A stretch of DNA of 54,785 nucleotides from Actinomycetota bacterium (GTDB lineage: Bacteria > Actinomycetota > Thermoleophilia > Solirubrobacterales > JACPNS01). The notes beneath the pieces are model-generated. The model was given only the letters and a program-made list of their open reading frames with translations, did no database searches and was not told the origin of the DNA. The position numbers and the translations under genes are program-made. Positions within the stretch are counted from its first letter, which is position 1, and each line of letters begins with the position of its first letter. The stretch is from assembly GCA_016219715.1 (NCBI GenBank), contig JACRKX010000035.1, positions 1 through 54,785 on the forward strand, given 5' to 3'. Positions 47,144 to 54,785 of this stretch are shown here, one piece after another.

Positions 47144-48841
47144 TCACTGCATCACGAGTTCTTGGGGCGAAGTGCCCGGCTGCCGGGCCGCGGGTGGTCG
47201 TCGCCCGCTCAGATAGTCGCTGGCACGCACGAGCGCGTCGTCGATCGTCGGCAGCACGCGGTTTTCGTGGGCGAGCGCATCAAGCACGCCGACCTCTTCG
47301 ATCAGGCGCCGGTGCTGCGGACGCACGCAGACAAGCATGACCTTGATCCCGCGGTTCTGGAGGCGCGTGACTAGCTCTCCTAGTGCCTGCGCGCCGGTGG
47401 CGTCGAGCATGCGGAGCCGGCCAAGCCGCAAGATGACCACCTCGACGTCGGTCACGTCGGTGAGTTCGAGCAAGAATCGCTGCGCCGCGCCGAAGAACAG
47501 GGCGCCGTCGAGCCGGTACGCAACGACGTGTTCGCCGATCAGCTCGTGCTCGAGCGTCGGATCGATGTCGACAGAATCGAGCGGATCGCGTTCGAACGAC
47601 GCTGAGCGGGCAAGCTCGCGCAAGGCAAGGACCGAAGCGAGCACGATGCCGACTTCGACGGCCACGACGAGGTCGAACGCGACGGTGGCTGTGGCGGTGG
47701 CCAGCAGCACGGCGGCATCGGCCCGGGTCGAACGAAGAATGCGTCCAACGGAACCGAACTCGACCATGTGTACGGCCGTGACCATCAGCACGCCCGCCAG
47801 GGCCGCGAGCGGTACAAGGCCGATCGCCGGCGCGAGCAGCAGCACAACGGCGACCAGAACGACACCGTGCGTCGTCGCGGCCAGGCGAGTGCGAGCTCCG
47901 GCACGCACGTTGACCGCGGTGCGCGCGATCGCGCCGGTGGCGGGCATGCCGCCAAACAGCGCCGAGGCGGCGTTGGCCACGCCCTGACCGAAGAGCTCTC
48001 GATCGGGATCGTGCTCCTCGCCGTCGGCCATCCCGTCTGCGACCCGGGCCGAGAGCAAACTCTCGATCGCGGCAAGCGCCGCCACAGCGAAGACGGCCGA
48101 GACCAGCTCCGGTGCCTGCTGGAAGTCGAAACCGGGCAGACCGGGCAGCGGCAAGCTTGATGGGATCGCGCCGATACGCGGAATCTCCCAGCCGGCAAGC
48201 TCGGCCAGTGCGGTCGCCACGACCACCGCGACAAGAGACGCCGGAAGCGAGCGGTGCATGCGCGGAAGGACGACCATCAGCAACGAGACGATGGCCACCA
48301 CCGCAACCGCCTGCCAGTGGGCGCCGGCGGCGTTGGATAGGGCGCTGGCGGCACTTACCGCGGTGTTCTCGGCCACCGGAGCGGAAAGGCCGAGCGCCGC
48401 GGGTACTTGCTGCAGGAAGATGATGATTCCGATGCCGACCGTGAACCCTTCGATCACCGGCCATGGCAAGAAGCTGACGTAGCGGCCAAGCCGGGCGGCA
48501 CCGGCGAGCATCAGCACCGCGCCGGCCGCGAGCGCCACAATGATTACCCCGTCGAAACCGACTTTCGCCACCACCGGCGCCAGAACGACCGTCATCGCTC
48601 CCGTGGGCCCGGAAACCTGCACGTTCGAGCCGCCAAACACGCCGGCCGCGATGCCGGCCACGATCGCCGTAACCAACCCCGCGCGGGCACCGAGCCCCGA
48701 CGCGACACCGAAAGCCAAGGCCAGGGGTAGCGCCACGACCGCAACCGTCACGCCTGCTAGCAGATCAACGCGCCAGGAGCTACGAAGCGCGGCGTAGTCG
48801 CCCCTTCGCGGCAACAGGCGTGACAGCGAACCGTCTCTCAC
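47144..48841 (-). CDS. SulP family anion transporter with STAS domain
   Basis: DLLAGVTV..ALPLALAF, SGPTGAM, ATGAIART and STAS GALFFG...DATG motifs. Confidence 0.93.
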   Translation of the reverse strand: MRDGSLSRLLPRRGDYAALRSSWRVDLLAGVTVAVVALPLALAFGVASGLGARAGLVTAIVAGIAAGVFGGSNVQVSGPTGAMTVVLAPVVAKVGFDGVIIVALAAGAVLMLAGAARLGRYVSFLPWPVIEGFTVGIGIIIFLQQVPAALGLSAPVAENTAVSAASALSNAAGAHWQAVAVVAIVSLLMVVLPRMHRSLPASLVAVVVATALAELAGWEIPRIGAIPSSLPLPGLPGFDFQQAPELVSAVFAVAALAAIESLLSARVADGMADGEEHDPDRELFGQGVANAASALFGGMPATGAIARTAVNVRAGARTRLAATTHGVVLVAVVLLLAPAIGLVPLAALAGVLMVTAVHMVEFGSVGRILRSTRADAAVLLATATATVAFDLVVAVEVGIVLASVLALRELARSASFERDPLDSVDIDPTLEHELIGEHVVAYRLDGALFFGAAQRFLLELTDVTDVEVVILRLGRLRMLDATGAQALGELVTRLQNRGIKVMLVCVRPQHRRLIEEVGVLDALAHENRVLPTIDDALVRASDYLSGRRPPAARQPGTSPQELVMQ

Positions 48842-49152
48842 GAAACCTGCAACTCGTCGCGCGAGGCGGTGAGCATGTCGAGCAGCATCTGCCGTGAAAC
48901 CGAAAGCAATTCAGCGATGCGCTCGTCGGCGAGCATGTAGATGACCGAAGCCCCCTCTCGACGCGAGACAACGAACCCGGCGCGCCGCAGGATGCCCAAC
49001 TGCTGCGAGAGGTGCGACTGCTCGGCCTCTACGTCGGCCAGCAACTCGGCAACCGACCGCTCACCCTCGACGAGCAACTCGAGGATGCGAATGCGCAACG
49101 GATGCCCGAGCGCCTTGAAGAATTCCGCCTTGAACCGAGGGATGTCTCTCAT
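48838..49152 (-). CDS. ArsR/SmtB family transcriptional regulator
   Basis: FKALGHPLRIRILELL and SHLSQQL..LR motifs; GTGA overlap with sulP. Confidence 0.92.
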   Translation of the reverse strand: MRDIPRFKAEFFKALGHPLRIRILELLVEGERSVAELLADVEAEQSHLSQQLGILRRAGFVVSRREGASVIYMLADERIAELLSVSRQMLLDMLTASRDELQVS

Positions 49153-49372
49153 GCAGATTAGGAGAATATCACAATATCGTCATATTCTGGACCCGCAAGT
49201 TACGGACGCCTTCCAGAAGAGACCTCTCCCAAGAGGCTTTGAACTCCCCATGAGGCTCTGAGCGGTGCGAGATTCGCCACGCGCAGGGCGCCGGTGGTGA
49301 GGGAGCGATCTTTGGATCGTGACCGATCCACCAAGCCCGAGCATGGCGAAGATCGTGCCGATCAGAGACTCA

Positions 49373-49445
<73 letters not shown>

Positions 49446-49483
49446 TTGCGAGAAAGGATCTTAGCGAGGCGCGGGCGGCGCGG

Positions 49484-49921
49484 TCACTCGTCGGCGGATG
49501 GCTTGCGGCGAGCCTGCTTGACGTCGGCGCGCTTGCGCTTCTCGCCCAGCCGTTTCTGCTTTGCCGCGGCCGACGGCTTCGTGGGTTTGCGCGGGCGCTC
49601 GACCTTCAAAGCGTCGGCCAGACGCTCGCCGAGTCGCTGCAGCGCCAGCTCCCGGTTGCGGTGCTGAGAGCGCGCGTCCTGACTGACCGCAGTCACAACC
49701 GGTCCGAGCTTGCCATCGACACGCTTCTTCTGCACCGGACCCAACACCTCTGAGTCCCACACGCGAAACACCGCCTCGACCCGCGATTCGGTCTTGTTTG
49801 CGTGCTGTCCGCCGGGCCCCGAGGAACGCGAGACGCGCAGCTCGACCTCGTGCAGCGGAATCCGCACCCGTCCGTTGACGACCAGCTGGTCGCCGCCGTC
49901 TGTCAACCCTTGTGCAGCCAC
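49484..49921 (-). CDS. arfB: Alternative ribosome-rescue peptidyl-tRNA hydrolase ArfB
   Basis: RSSGPGGQHANK, RSQHRN and basic tail RKPTKPS...KRLGEK. Confidence 0.92.
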   Translation of the reverse strand: MAAQGLTDGGDQLVVNGRVRIPLHEVELRVSRSSGPGGQHANKTESRVEAVFRVWDSEVLGPVQKKRVDGKLGPVVTAVSQDARSQHRNRELALQRLGERLADALKVERPRKPTKPSAAAKQKRLGEKRKRADVKQARRKPSADE

Positions 49922-50268
49922 GTCACCCGATTCTCGAGCCTCCGGTTTGAATGTGCCAGGTTCCGCAGCGCGCTGACCAGCTCGGGCACCCGCTCGCGCG
50001 AGTTGCCGAACTTCTTGGAATCGATGAGCACGATTCCGAAGTGGTGCATTCCAGACTGCTTCGACTCGCGGCCCTCCGCGAGGAAGTGGTCGACGTTGAA
50101 CGTCACGACCGCGCGCTTCTCTTCGATCGCGTGCATCACGATTTCGTGGTCGGAGCTGCCGCGCAGGTGCTGATGCTCGCCGACGGCCGATGCGTCGACA
50201 CCGGACTCGCGAAGTTGTCTGGCGGCCTCCGACGGAATCATCTCGTCGAGGAGGAATCGGCGCTTCAA
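49903..50268 (-). CDS. DUF5615/VapC45-like PIN-domain protein
   Basis: FLLDEM, SDHEI..HA..EKRAVVTFNVDHF and HFGIVL motifs; start at TTG 50268. Confidence 0.78.
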   Translation of the reverse strand: MKRRFLLDEMIPSEAARQLRESGVDASAVGEHQHLRGSSDHEIVMHAIEEKRAVVTFNVDHFLAEGRESKQSGMHHFGIVLIDSKKFGNSRERVPELVSALRNLAHSNRRLENRVTWLHKG

Positions 50269-50276
50269 CTCGCCGG

Positions 50277-50678
50277 TCAGTCCGGGGCGTCTTCGCCGCC
50301 GGTCAGCTCCAACGCCAGCTCCGGCGCGTCGCCCCACAGCTGCTCGAGCCGGTAGTAGTCGCGCACCTCGGGCAGCATGATGTGCGCGATGCAGTCGCCG
50401 TAGTCGAGCAGGATCCAGCTGCGTTCGCGTTCGCCTTCAGTGCGCACGGGCAGCATGTCGAAGTCGAGCTTCATTCCCTCGCGGATCGCATCGTGAATCG
50501 CCTTGACCTGGCGGTCCGTGCGACCGCTGCAGACGATGAAGTAATCGGTGAAGTTGGCGAGCCCGCGCACGTCTAGCGCGACGACGTCGAGCGCCTTCTT
50601 GTCGTCCATCAGCTCGGCGATGCGGCGCGCGAGGCTCTCGCCGCCGATCTCGGTGCTCTGCTGCTGGGTCAAATTCAT
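50277..50678 (-). CDS. rsfS: Ribosome silencing factor RsfS
   Basis: DKKA.DV, DYFIVCSG...RQVKAI, WILLDYGD and YYRLEQLW motifs. Confidence 0.95.
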   Translation of the reverse strand: MNLTQQQSTEIGGESLARRIAELMDDKKALDVVALDVRGLANFTDYFIVCSGRTDRQVKAIHDAIREGMKLDFDMLPVRTEGERERSWILLDYGDCIAHIMLPEVRDYYRLEQLWGDAPELALELTGGEDAPD

Positions 50679-51271
50679 CGGTAGAGCCCCTCCTGCTCGA
50701 TGTACTGGGCTACGGCCGGCGGCATCACGTGCGTGACCGAACGGCCACGATAGACGCGATCGCGGATCAGCGAAGCCGATAGATCGATGCGCGGCATGTC
50801 GAAGCTGATCGCCGGCTTGCGCGACGCGCGCTCCACCTCAGCCAGTGCCTCGGCAACGTCGTGTTCGACGCGCGCGGCTACGGCCACGGTGGCCAATTCC
50901 GCGATTCGCTCGGGGCGGCGCCAGTTGCCGAACGAAAGGGCCTGATCGGCCCCAACGATCAAAGTGAACTCGTCGCCTGGAGAATCCGCCGTCAATTGCT
51001 CCAAGGTATCGACGGTGTAAGACGTTTCGGCCCGGTCGATCTCGACCTCGGTGACATCCAGATCGGTCTGTCCGACGACCGCGAGCCTGCACATCTGCAA
51101 TCGCTGTGCCGGCGAGGCGTCTTGTTCGGGATCGAGATCGCGGTGCGCCGGGTGCGCGGCCGGCACCAGCAGCACGCGCTGCAGGTCGAGCTGGATACGA
51201 GCTTCCTGGGCGCAGATCAGATGCCCGTGGTGGGGCGGGTTGAAGGTTCCTCCGAGCAGGCCGATGCGCAT
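50675..51271 (-). CDS. nadD: Nicotinate-nucleotide adenylyltransferase
   Basis: GGTFNPPHHGH, SYTVDTL, IVGAD and LSASLIR motifs; start at ATG 51271. Confidence 0.95.
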   Translation of the reverse strand: MRIGLLGGTFNPPHHGHLICAQEARIQLDLQRVLLVPAAHPAHRDLDPEQDASPAQRLQMCRLAVVGQTDLDVTEVEIDRAETSYTVDTLEQLTADSPGDEFTLIVGADQALSFGNWRRPERIAELATVAVAARVEHDVAEALAEVERASRKPAISFDMPRIDLSASLIRDRVYRGRSVTHVMPPAVAQYIEQEGLYR

Positions 51272-51285
51272 GACGCCGGCGCGGA

Positions 51286-52557
51286 CTAGCCGCGCACCTG
51301 CCCCTCGCCGCGCACTATGTACTTGTAACTGCACAGCTCGCGAAGTGCGATCGGACCGCGTGCGTGCAGCTTCTGCGTGGAGATGCCGATCTCGGCGCCG
51401 TAGCCGTACTCGGCGCCATCGGTGAAACGCGACGCAGCGTTGACGTAAACGGCGGCCGCATCGACACTGCCGGTGAAGACTTCGGCCGACTGCTCGCTGG
51501 GTGTGACGATCACCTCGGAGTGGCCCGTGCCGTAGCGGTTGATGTGCTCGATCGCTTCGTCGAGCGAGTCGACGACCTTGACGGCGAGGACCATGTCGAG
51601 GTACTCGTCGGTCCAGTCGCGCTCGGTCGCTTCGAGCACTTCGGGGCCGCCGGCACCCGAGAGGGACTGCGTACGGGCGTCGCCGTGAAGGCGCACTCCC
51701 TTGTCGTCCATCGCCTTGAGGATGCGCGGCATGAACTCGTTTGCGACGTCTTTGTGTACCAGCAGCGTCTCGGTGGCATTGCAGACCCCCGGTCGCTGAG
51801 TCTTTGAGTTGATCGCGATCGCCTCGGCCATGTCGAGGTCGGCGCCGGCGTCGACGAAGACGTGGCAGTTACCGGCGGCGGCGTAGATCACGGGCACCGT
51901 GGCCACGCTCTTGAGCGCATGCTTGAGGCCCTCTCCACCGCGCGGGATGATCAGGTCGATCACGCCCTCCTGGGTGGCCAGTTCGGCCAACTCGTCGCGA
52001 TCGCCACCGGTCACGATCGAAACGGCCGCCTCGGGAAGGCCAGCGGCCGCAATCGCGTCACGCGCGACCTGCGCGAGCACGGCGTTCGAGTTTGCCGCCA
52101 CCGACGAGCCGCGCAGCACGATCGCGTTGCCGCTCTTCAGGCACAGCGCGGCGGCATCGATTGTGACGTTCGGGCGCGCCTCGTAAACGACGGCGATCAC
52201 ACCCAGCGGAACGGCGACCTTGCGCACCTTCAGGCCGTTGTACATCTCGAACTCGCGGATCACGCGACCGGCCGGGTCTTCGAGCTCGGCGACCTTGCGG
52301 GTGTCGGCGGCGATGCCGGCCAGGCGGGTCTCGTCGAGCTTGAGGCGATCCATCAAGGCTGCTTCTAGGCCGGCTTCGCGCCCCGCTTCAAGGTCGCGTT
52401 CGTTGGCGGTGATGATCTGCGCGGCGCTGGCCTCGATCGCGTCGGCGATCGCCAGGACGCCGCGATTCTTCGTCGCGGTGTCGAGCAGCGCAAGCTCGCG
52501 CGAGGCCGCCTTGGCCTCAGCGCAGATGTCGGTGACTGTTTTCGCAGCGATCGCCAT
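51286..52557 (-). CDS. proA: Glutamate-5-semialdehyde dehydrogenase
   Basis: VYEARPNVT, IPRGG, GVCNATETLL and GAEIGISTQKLHARGP motifs. Confidence 0.97.
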   Translation of the reverse strand: MAIAAKTVTDICAEAKAASRELALLDTATKNRGVLAIADAIEASAAQIITANERDLEAGREAGLEAALMDRLKLDETRLAGIAADTRKVAELEDPAGRVIREFEMYNGLKVRKVAVPLGVIAVVYEARPNVTIDAAALCLKSGNAIVLRGSSVAANSNAVLAQVARDAIAAAGLPEAAVSIVTGGDRDELAELATQEGVIDLIIPRGGEGLKHALKSVATVPVIYAAAGNCHVFVDAGADLDMAEAIAINSKTQRPGVCNATETLLVHKDVANEFMPRILKAMDDKGVRLHGDARTQSLSGAGGPEVLEATERDWTDEYLDMVLAVKVVDSLDEAIEHINRYGTGHSEVIVTPSEQSAEVFTGSVDAAAVYVNAASRFTDGAEYGYGAEIGISTQKLHARGPIALRELCSYKYIVRGEGQVRG

Positions 52558-52597
52558 GACAATTCCGTTACCGAGAATGTATCGGTGCGGCCGGGTT

Positions 52598-53941
52598 TCA
52601 GCGATCGCACTGGATCGGCATCCACGCGTACAGCCGCACGCTCAACGGGTCGGCGTTGGCCGAGGCCACGATCGGATCGGTCGAGTCGGGAGGCCGTAGC
52701 TCGCCAAAGATCCAGCGCACCGTCGGCCGGTTGTTGCGCGACACGTCGGCCAGCTCGAAGTACTTCCATTTCGAGATCTTGCGGCCATATCGCTTGAGCC
52801 GCATGTTGCGCAGCGTGTAGTTGGGATCGCAGTAGCGCATCTCGTCGAGCAGCGTGAACTGGTCGGTGCCGGCGCGCACGATGCCGCGGACCATGCCGCC
52901 ACCCGCCACCCCAGTGGTCGCGGCCGATGCGTAGGTGGCCTCGCCGAACTGCGGCTTGGGGTTGTAGGTGCTGTAGGGCATGTTGTTGTCGACCTGCTTC
53001 TCGCCGGGCAGCACGATCAGCTGGGTAGCCGACTCGCCGAAGTACTGACCGACCATGTAGGCGCGACCGGGGCCATAGCCGCTCTTGAAGATGTGATGCC
53101 CGAGCGTCTGCGGCGGCAGCACGGGCGCAAGCGTGGTCGATCCGCAGCCGAAGTCGTAGACACGCGCCTTGGCGTCGAGCCACGACGGCAGCGCACGACG
53201 GTCGACGAATCCGCGCACGCGCAGCGCGGCGGTGCGCCCGGGACGGGACTTGCCGCCCGGCGAGCCGAGCGCCGGATTGAAGGCGACCATCGTGAAGTTC
53301 GGGTCGCGCAGCCAGCGCCAGGTGGTGACCGGCGCCAGCGGTTCACCGGCCATCGTCGTGACCGGTACGGGCGAGAGCCGGCAGGCGTCGCCCTGGATCT
53401 CGAAGGCACGCGTCGCGTCGCGGCCGGCCCATTTGCTGCCGACGTACCACCCCCAACGCTCGGGGTGGCGTTTGATCTGAGAGACGTCCTCCCAATGAAT
53501 CGTCGTTATCGGGCGACCGAAGCTGTCGCTCACATCGTAGCTGTAGAGACCGTCGATCGGCCGCAGTGACTCGAGGAAGCGCGCCTCCTTACGTGTGGTG
53601 CGGTCCTCGGTGCCGCGGCGCGCGACGCGGCACGACGGCAAGTTCGGCGCCGGGTAGTGCGTGCGGCGCACGCCGTTGCCGAACTTGCGCCAGATAACTG
53701 TGTTCTGCCCGCGCGGGGTGAAGCCGTAGAACGGAAAGCCGTATGGCGTGCTGTGACGCCAGACATCGTTCTGGCGCAGCGCCGGGAACGCTGGCCCAAG
53801 CGCGGGTTTGGCGCACTGGGCGGCGAATGGGCTTGGCTTGGCCGGCTTGCGCTTGGCGGCGGCCGTTCCCGGCGCGGCCAGCGCGGTAGCCGTCACGGCG
53901 ATCAAGGAAAGCAGCAGAGTGATCGAGCGAAATCGTCCCAT
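52598..53941 (-). CDS. Hypothetical secreted protein
   Basis: ATG 53941 followed by a signal peptide (MGRFRSITLLLSLIAVTATALAA...); no domain recognised. The ORF-track fusion to the GNAT is a frameshift effect. Confidence 0.7.
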   Translation of the reverse strand: MGRFRSITLLLSLIAVTATALAAPGTAAAKRKPAKPSPFAAQCAKPALGPAFPALRQNDVWRHSTPYGFPFYGFTPRGQNTVIWRKFGNGVRRTHYPAPNLPSCRVARRGTEDRTTRKEARFLESLRPIDGLYSYDVSDSFGRPITTIHWEDVSQIKRHPERWGWYVGSKWAGRDATRAFEIQGDACRLSPVPVTTMAGEPLAPVTTWRWLRDPNFTMVAFNPALGSPGGKSRPGRTAALRVRGFVDRRALPSWLDAKARVYDFGCGSTTLAPVLPPQTLGHHIFKSGYGPGRAYMVGQYFGESATQLIVLPGEKQVDNNMPYSTYNPKPQFGEATYASAATTGVAGGGMVRGIVRAGTDQFTLLDEMRYCDPNYTLRNMRLKRYGRKISKWKYFELADVSRNNRPTVRWIFGELRPPDSTDPIVASANADPLSVRLYAWMPIQCDR

Positions 53942-53999
53942 CGGAGAGATAACAACACCGCCGACCTGCCGATGCGGTCTGCCTCTACGCGGGCGGGCG

Positions 54000-54484
54000 T
54001 CAGCCGTCGAAGCCGAGTCTGAAGTGCTTGCTGACCACGGTGAAGCCCTCGCGTTCGTAGAGAGTCGAACCGCGTCGAGTCCACGCTCGCGCGCCAGGTC
54101 GACCAGGTAGCCCAGCAGCGCGGCACCGTAGCCGTGTGAGCGCCACTGCCCTGCGGTGACGAGATCGTCGACGTAGAGCGACCGGCCGTGGGCAAGGTTG
54201 AGGATGATGCGGTAGCCGGCAACGGCACGGCAGTCATTGCCCTCGAACAGCCCGACGATGCGATAGCCGTCTTCCTGGTGCATGCCCCGGTAGCGAGCGC
54301 TGAAGGTTCCGAGCGTCAGGTCGGTGCGCAACTCGTGCATGACCGGATAGGCCGCCTCGACGTCGGCGTCTCCGGTGCCGAGTTCACGGATAGTGAAGGC
54401 AGCGTCGGGCCGCCGGGCCGGGGAGGCCGCTGGCTCTGGTGGCTGCTGGTCGAGCGTTGGCTGTTCGGGCGGTTGTTCGCTCAC
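54000..54484 (-). CDS. GNAT acetyltransferase, frameshifted by an apparent deletion near 54061
   Basis: LYVDDLVT...RSHGYG motif A; the C-terminus YEREGFTVVSKHFRLGFDG* is in a different frame. Confidence 0.8.
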
Positions 54485-54494
54485 AACGAGCAGC

Positions 54495-54785
54495 CTACGT
54501 CAGCACGAGATGGTCGCGGTGCACGGCCTCGTCGGTCGCGCGCGGCATCAGCCGCTGGACCGCGTCGAGCTTCATACCCTTGATCTGGCGCAGCTCTTCG
54601 GCGCTGTAGTTGACGATGCCCTTGGCGACGACGCGACCGTCGTCGGCGGCGATCTCGACCGCGTCGCCGGCCGAGAACTCGCCCGTCACATCGACGATGC
54701 CGACCGGCAGCAGGCTCGTGCCCTGACCGGTGAGCGCACGCTCGGCTCCGGCGTCGATCACGATCGTGCCGCAGGACTCCTTGGC
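54495..54785 (-). CDS. proB: Glutamate 5-kinase, C-terminal PUA domain (partial)
   Basis: IDAGAERAL, SLLPVGI..V.G.F..GD.V and EAVHRDHLV motifs; upstream of proA. Confidence 0.9.
   Translation of the reverse strand, partial: AKESCGTIVIDAGAERALTGQGTSLLPVGIVDVTGEFSAGDAVEIAADDGRVVAKGIVNYSAEELRQIKGMKLDAVQRLMPRATDEAVHRDHLVLT

Noticed and set aside
52598-54484. 628-aa GNAT-secreted protein fusion in the ORF track
   Set aside because: Explained by a frameshifting deletion. The GNAT C-terminus and stop lie in another frame, and the second part has its own signal peptide.

Overview
GC-rich bacterial chromosome segment, most likely from an actinobacterium of class Thermoleophilia (Solirubrobacterales-like). 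This is inferred from gene order, an F420-dependent Ddn gene, a HadAB-like MaoC pair, leaderless TANNNT promoters and a basic C-terminal domain on secreted proteins. Most genes are on the minus strand. Housekeeping backbone: proB(partial)-proA-nadD-rsfS-arfB-tRNA-Ala, leuS, comEA-comEC-holA, rpsT, murJ, lepA, hrcA-dnaJ-prmA, yqeY-phoH-ybeY-era. The left end holds a glycosylation cluster with a duplicated acyltransferase+glycosyltransferase pair. The most notable locus (35272-43801) is a narGHJI-type molybdoenzyme operon. Its alpha and beta subunits carry motifs I recall from the Nitrobacter-type cytoplasmic NXR/NAR clade rather than canonical NarGH, and residues around the Mo-ligand Asp are unusual. 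The operon ends in a coupled membrane-anchored monoheme cytochrome c, and two small uncharacterised membrane proteins lie divergently upstream. It is a candidate nitrite oxidoreductase or other oxyanion enzyme, but direction and substrate cannot be read from sequence. Other points: an orphan PIN nuclease between rsfS and arfB; a shared Cys/Lys-rich C-terminal domain on two secreted beta-propeller/PKD proteins; an AT-rich inverted-repeat element; and short lesions in lepA, leuS, a GNAT and an SDR that may be assembly errors. All family assignments come from motif recognition without database searches.
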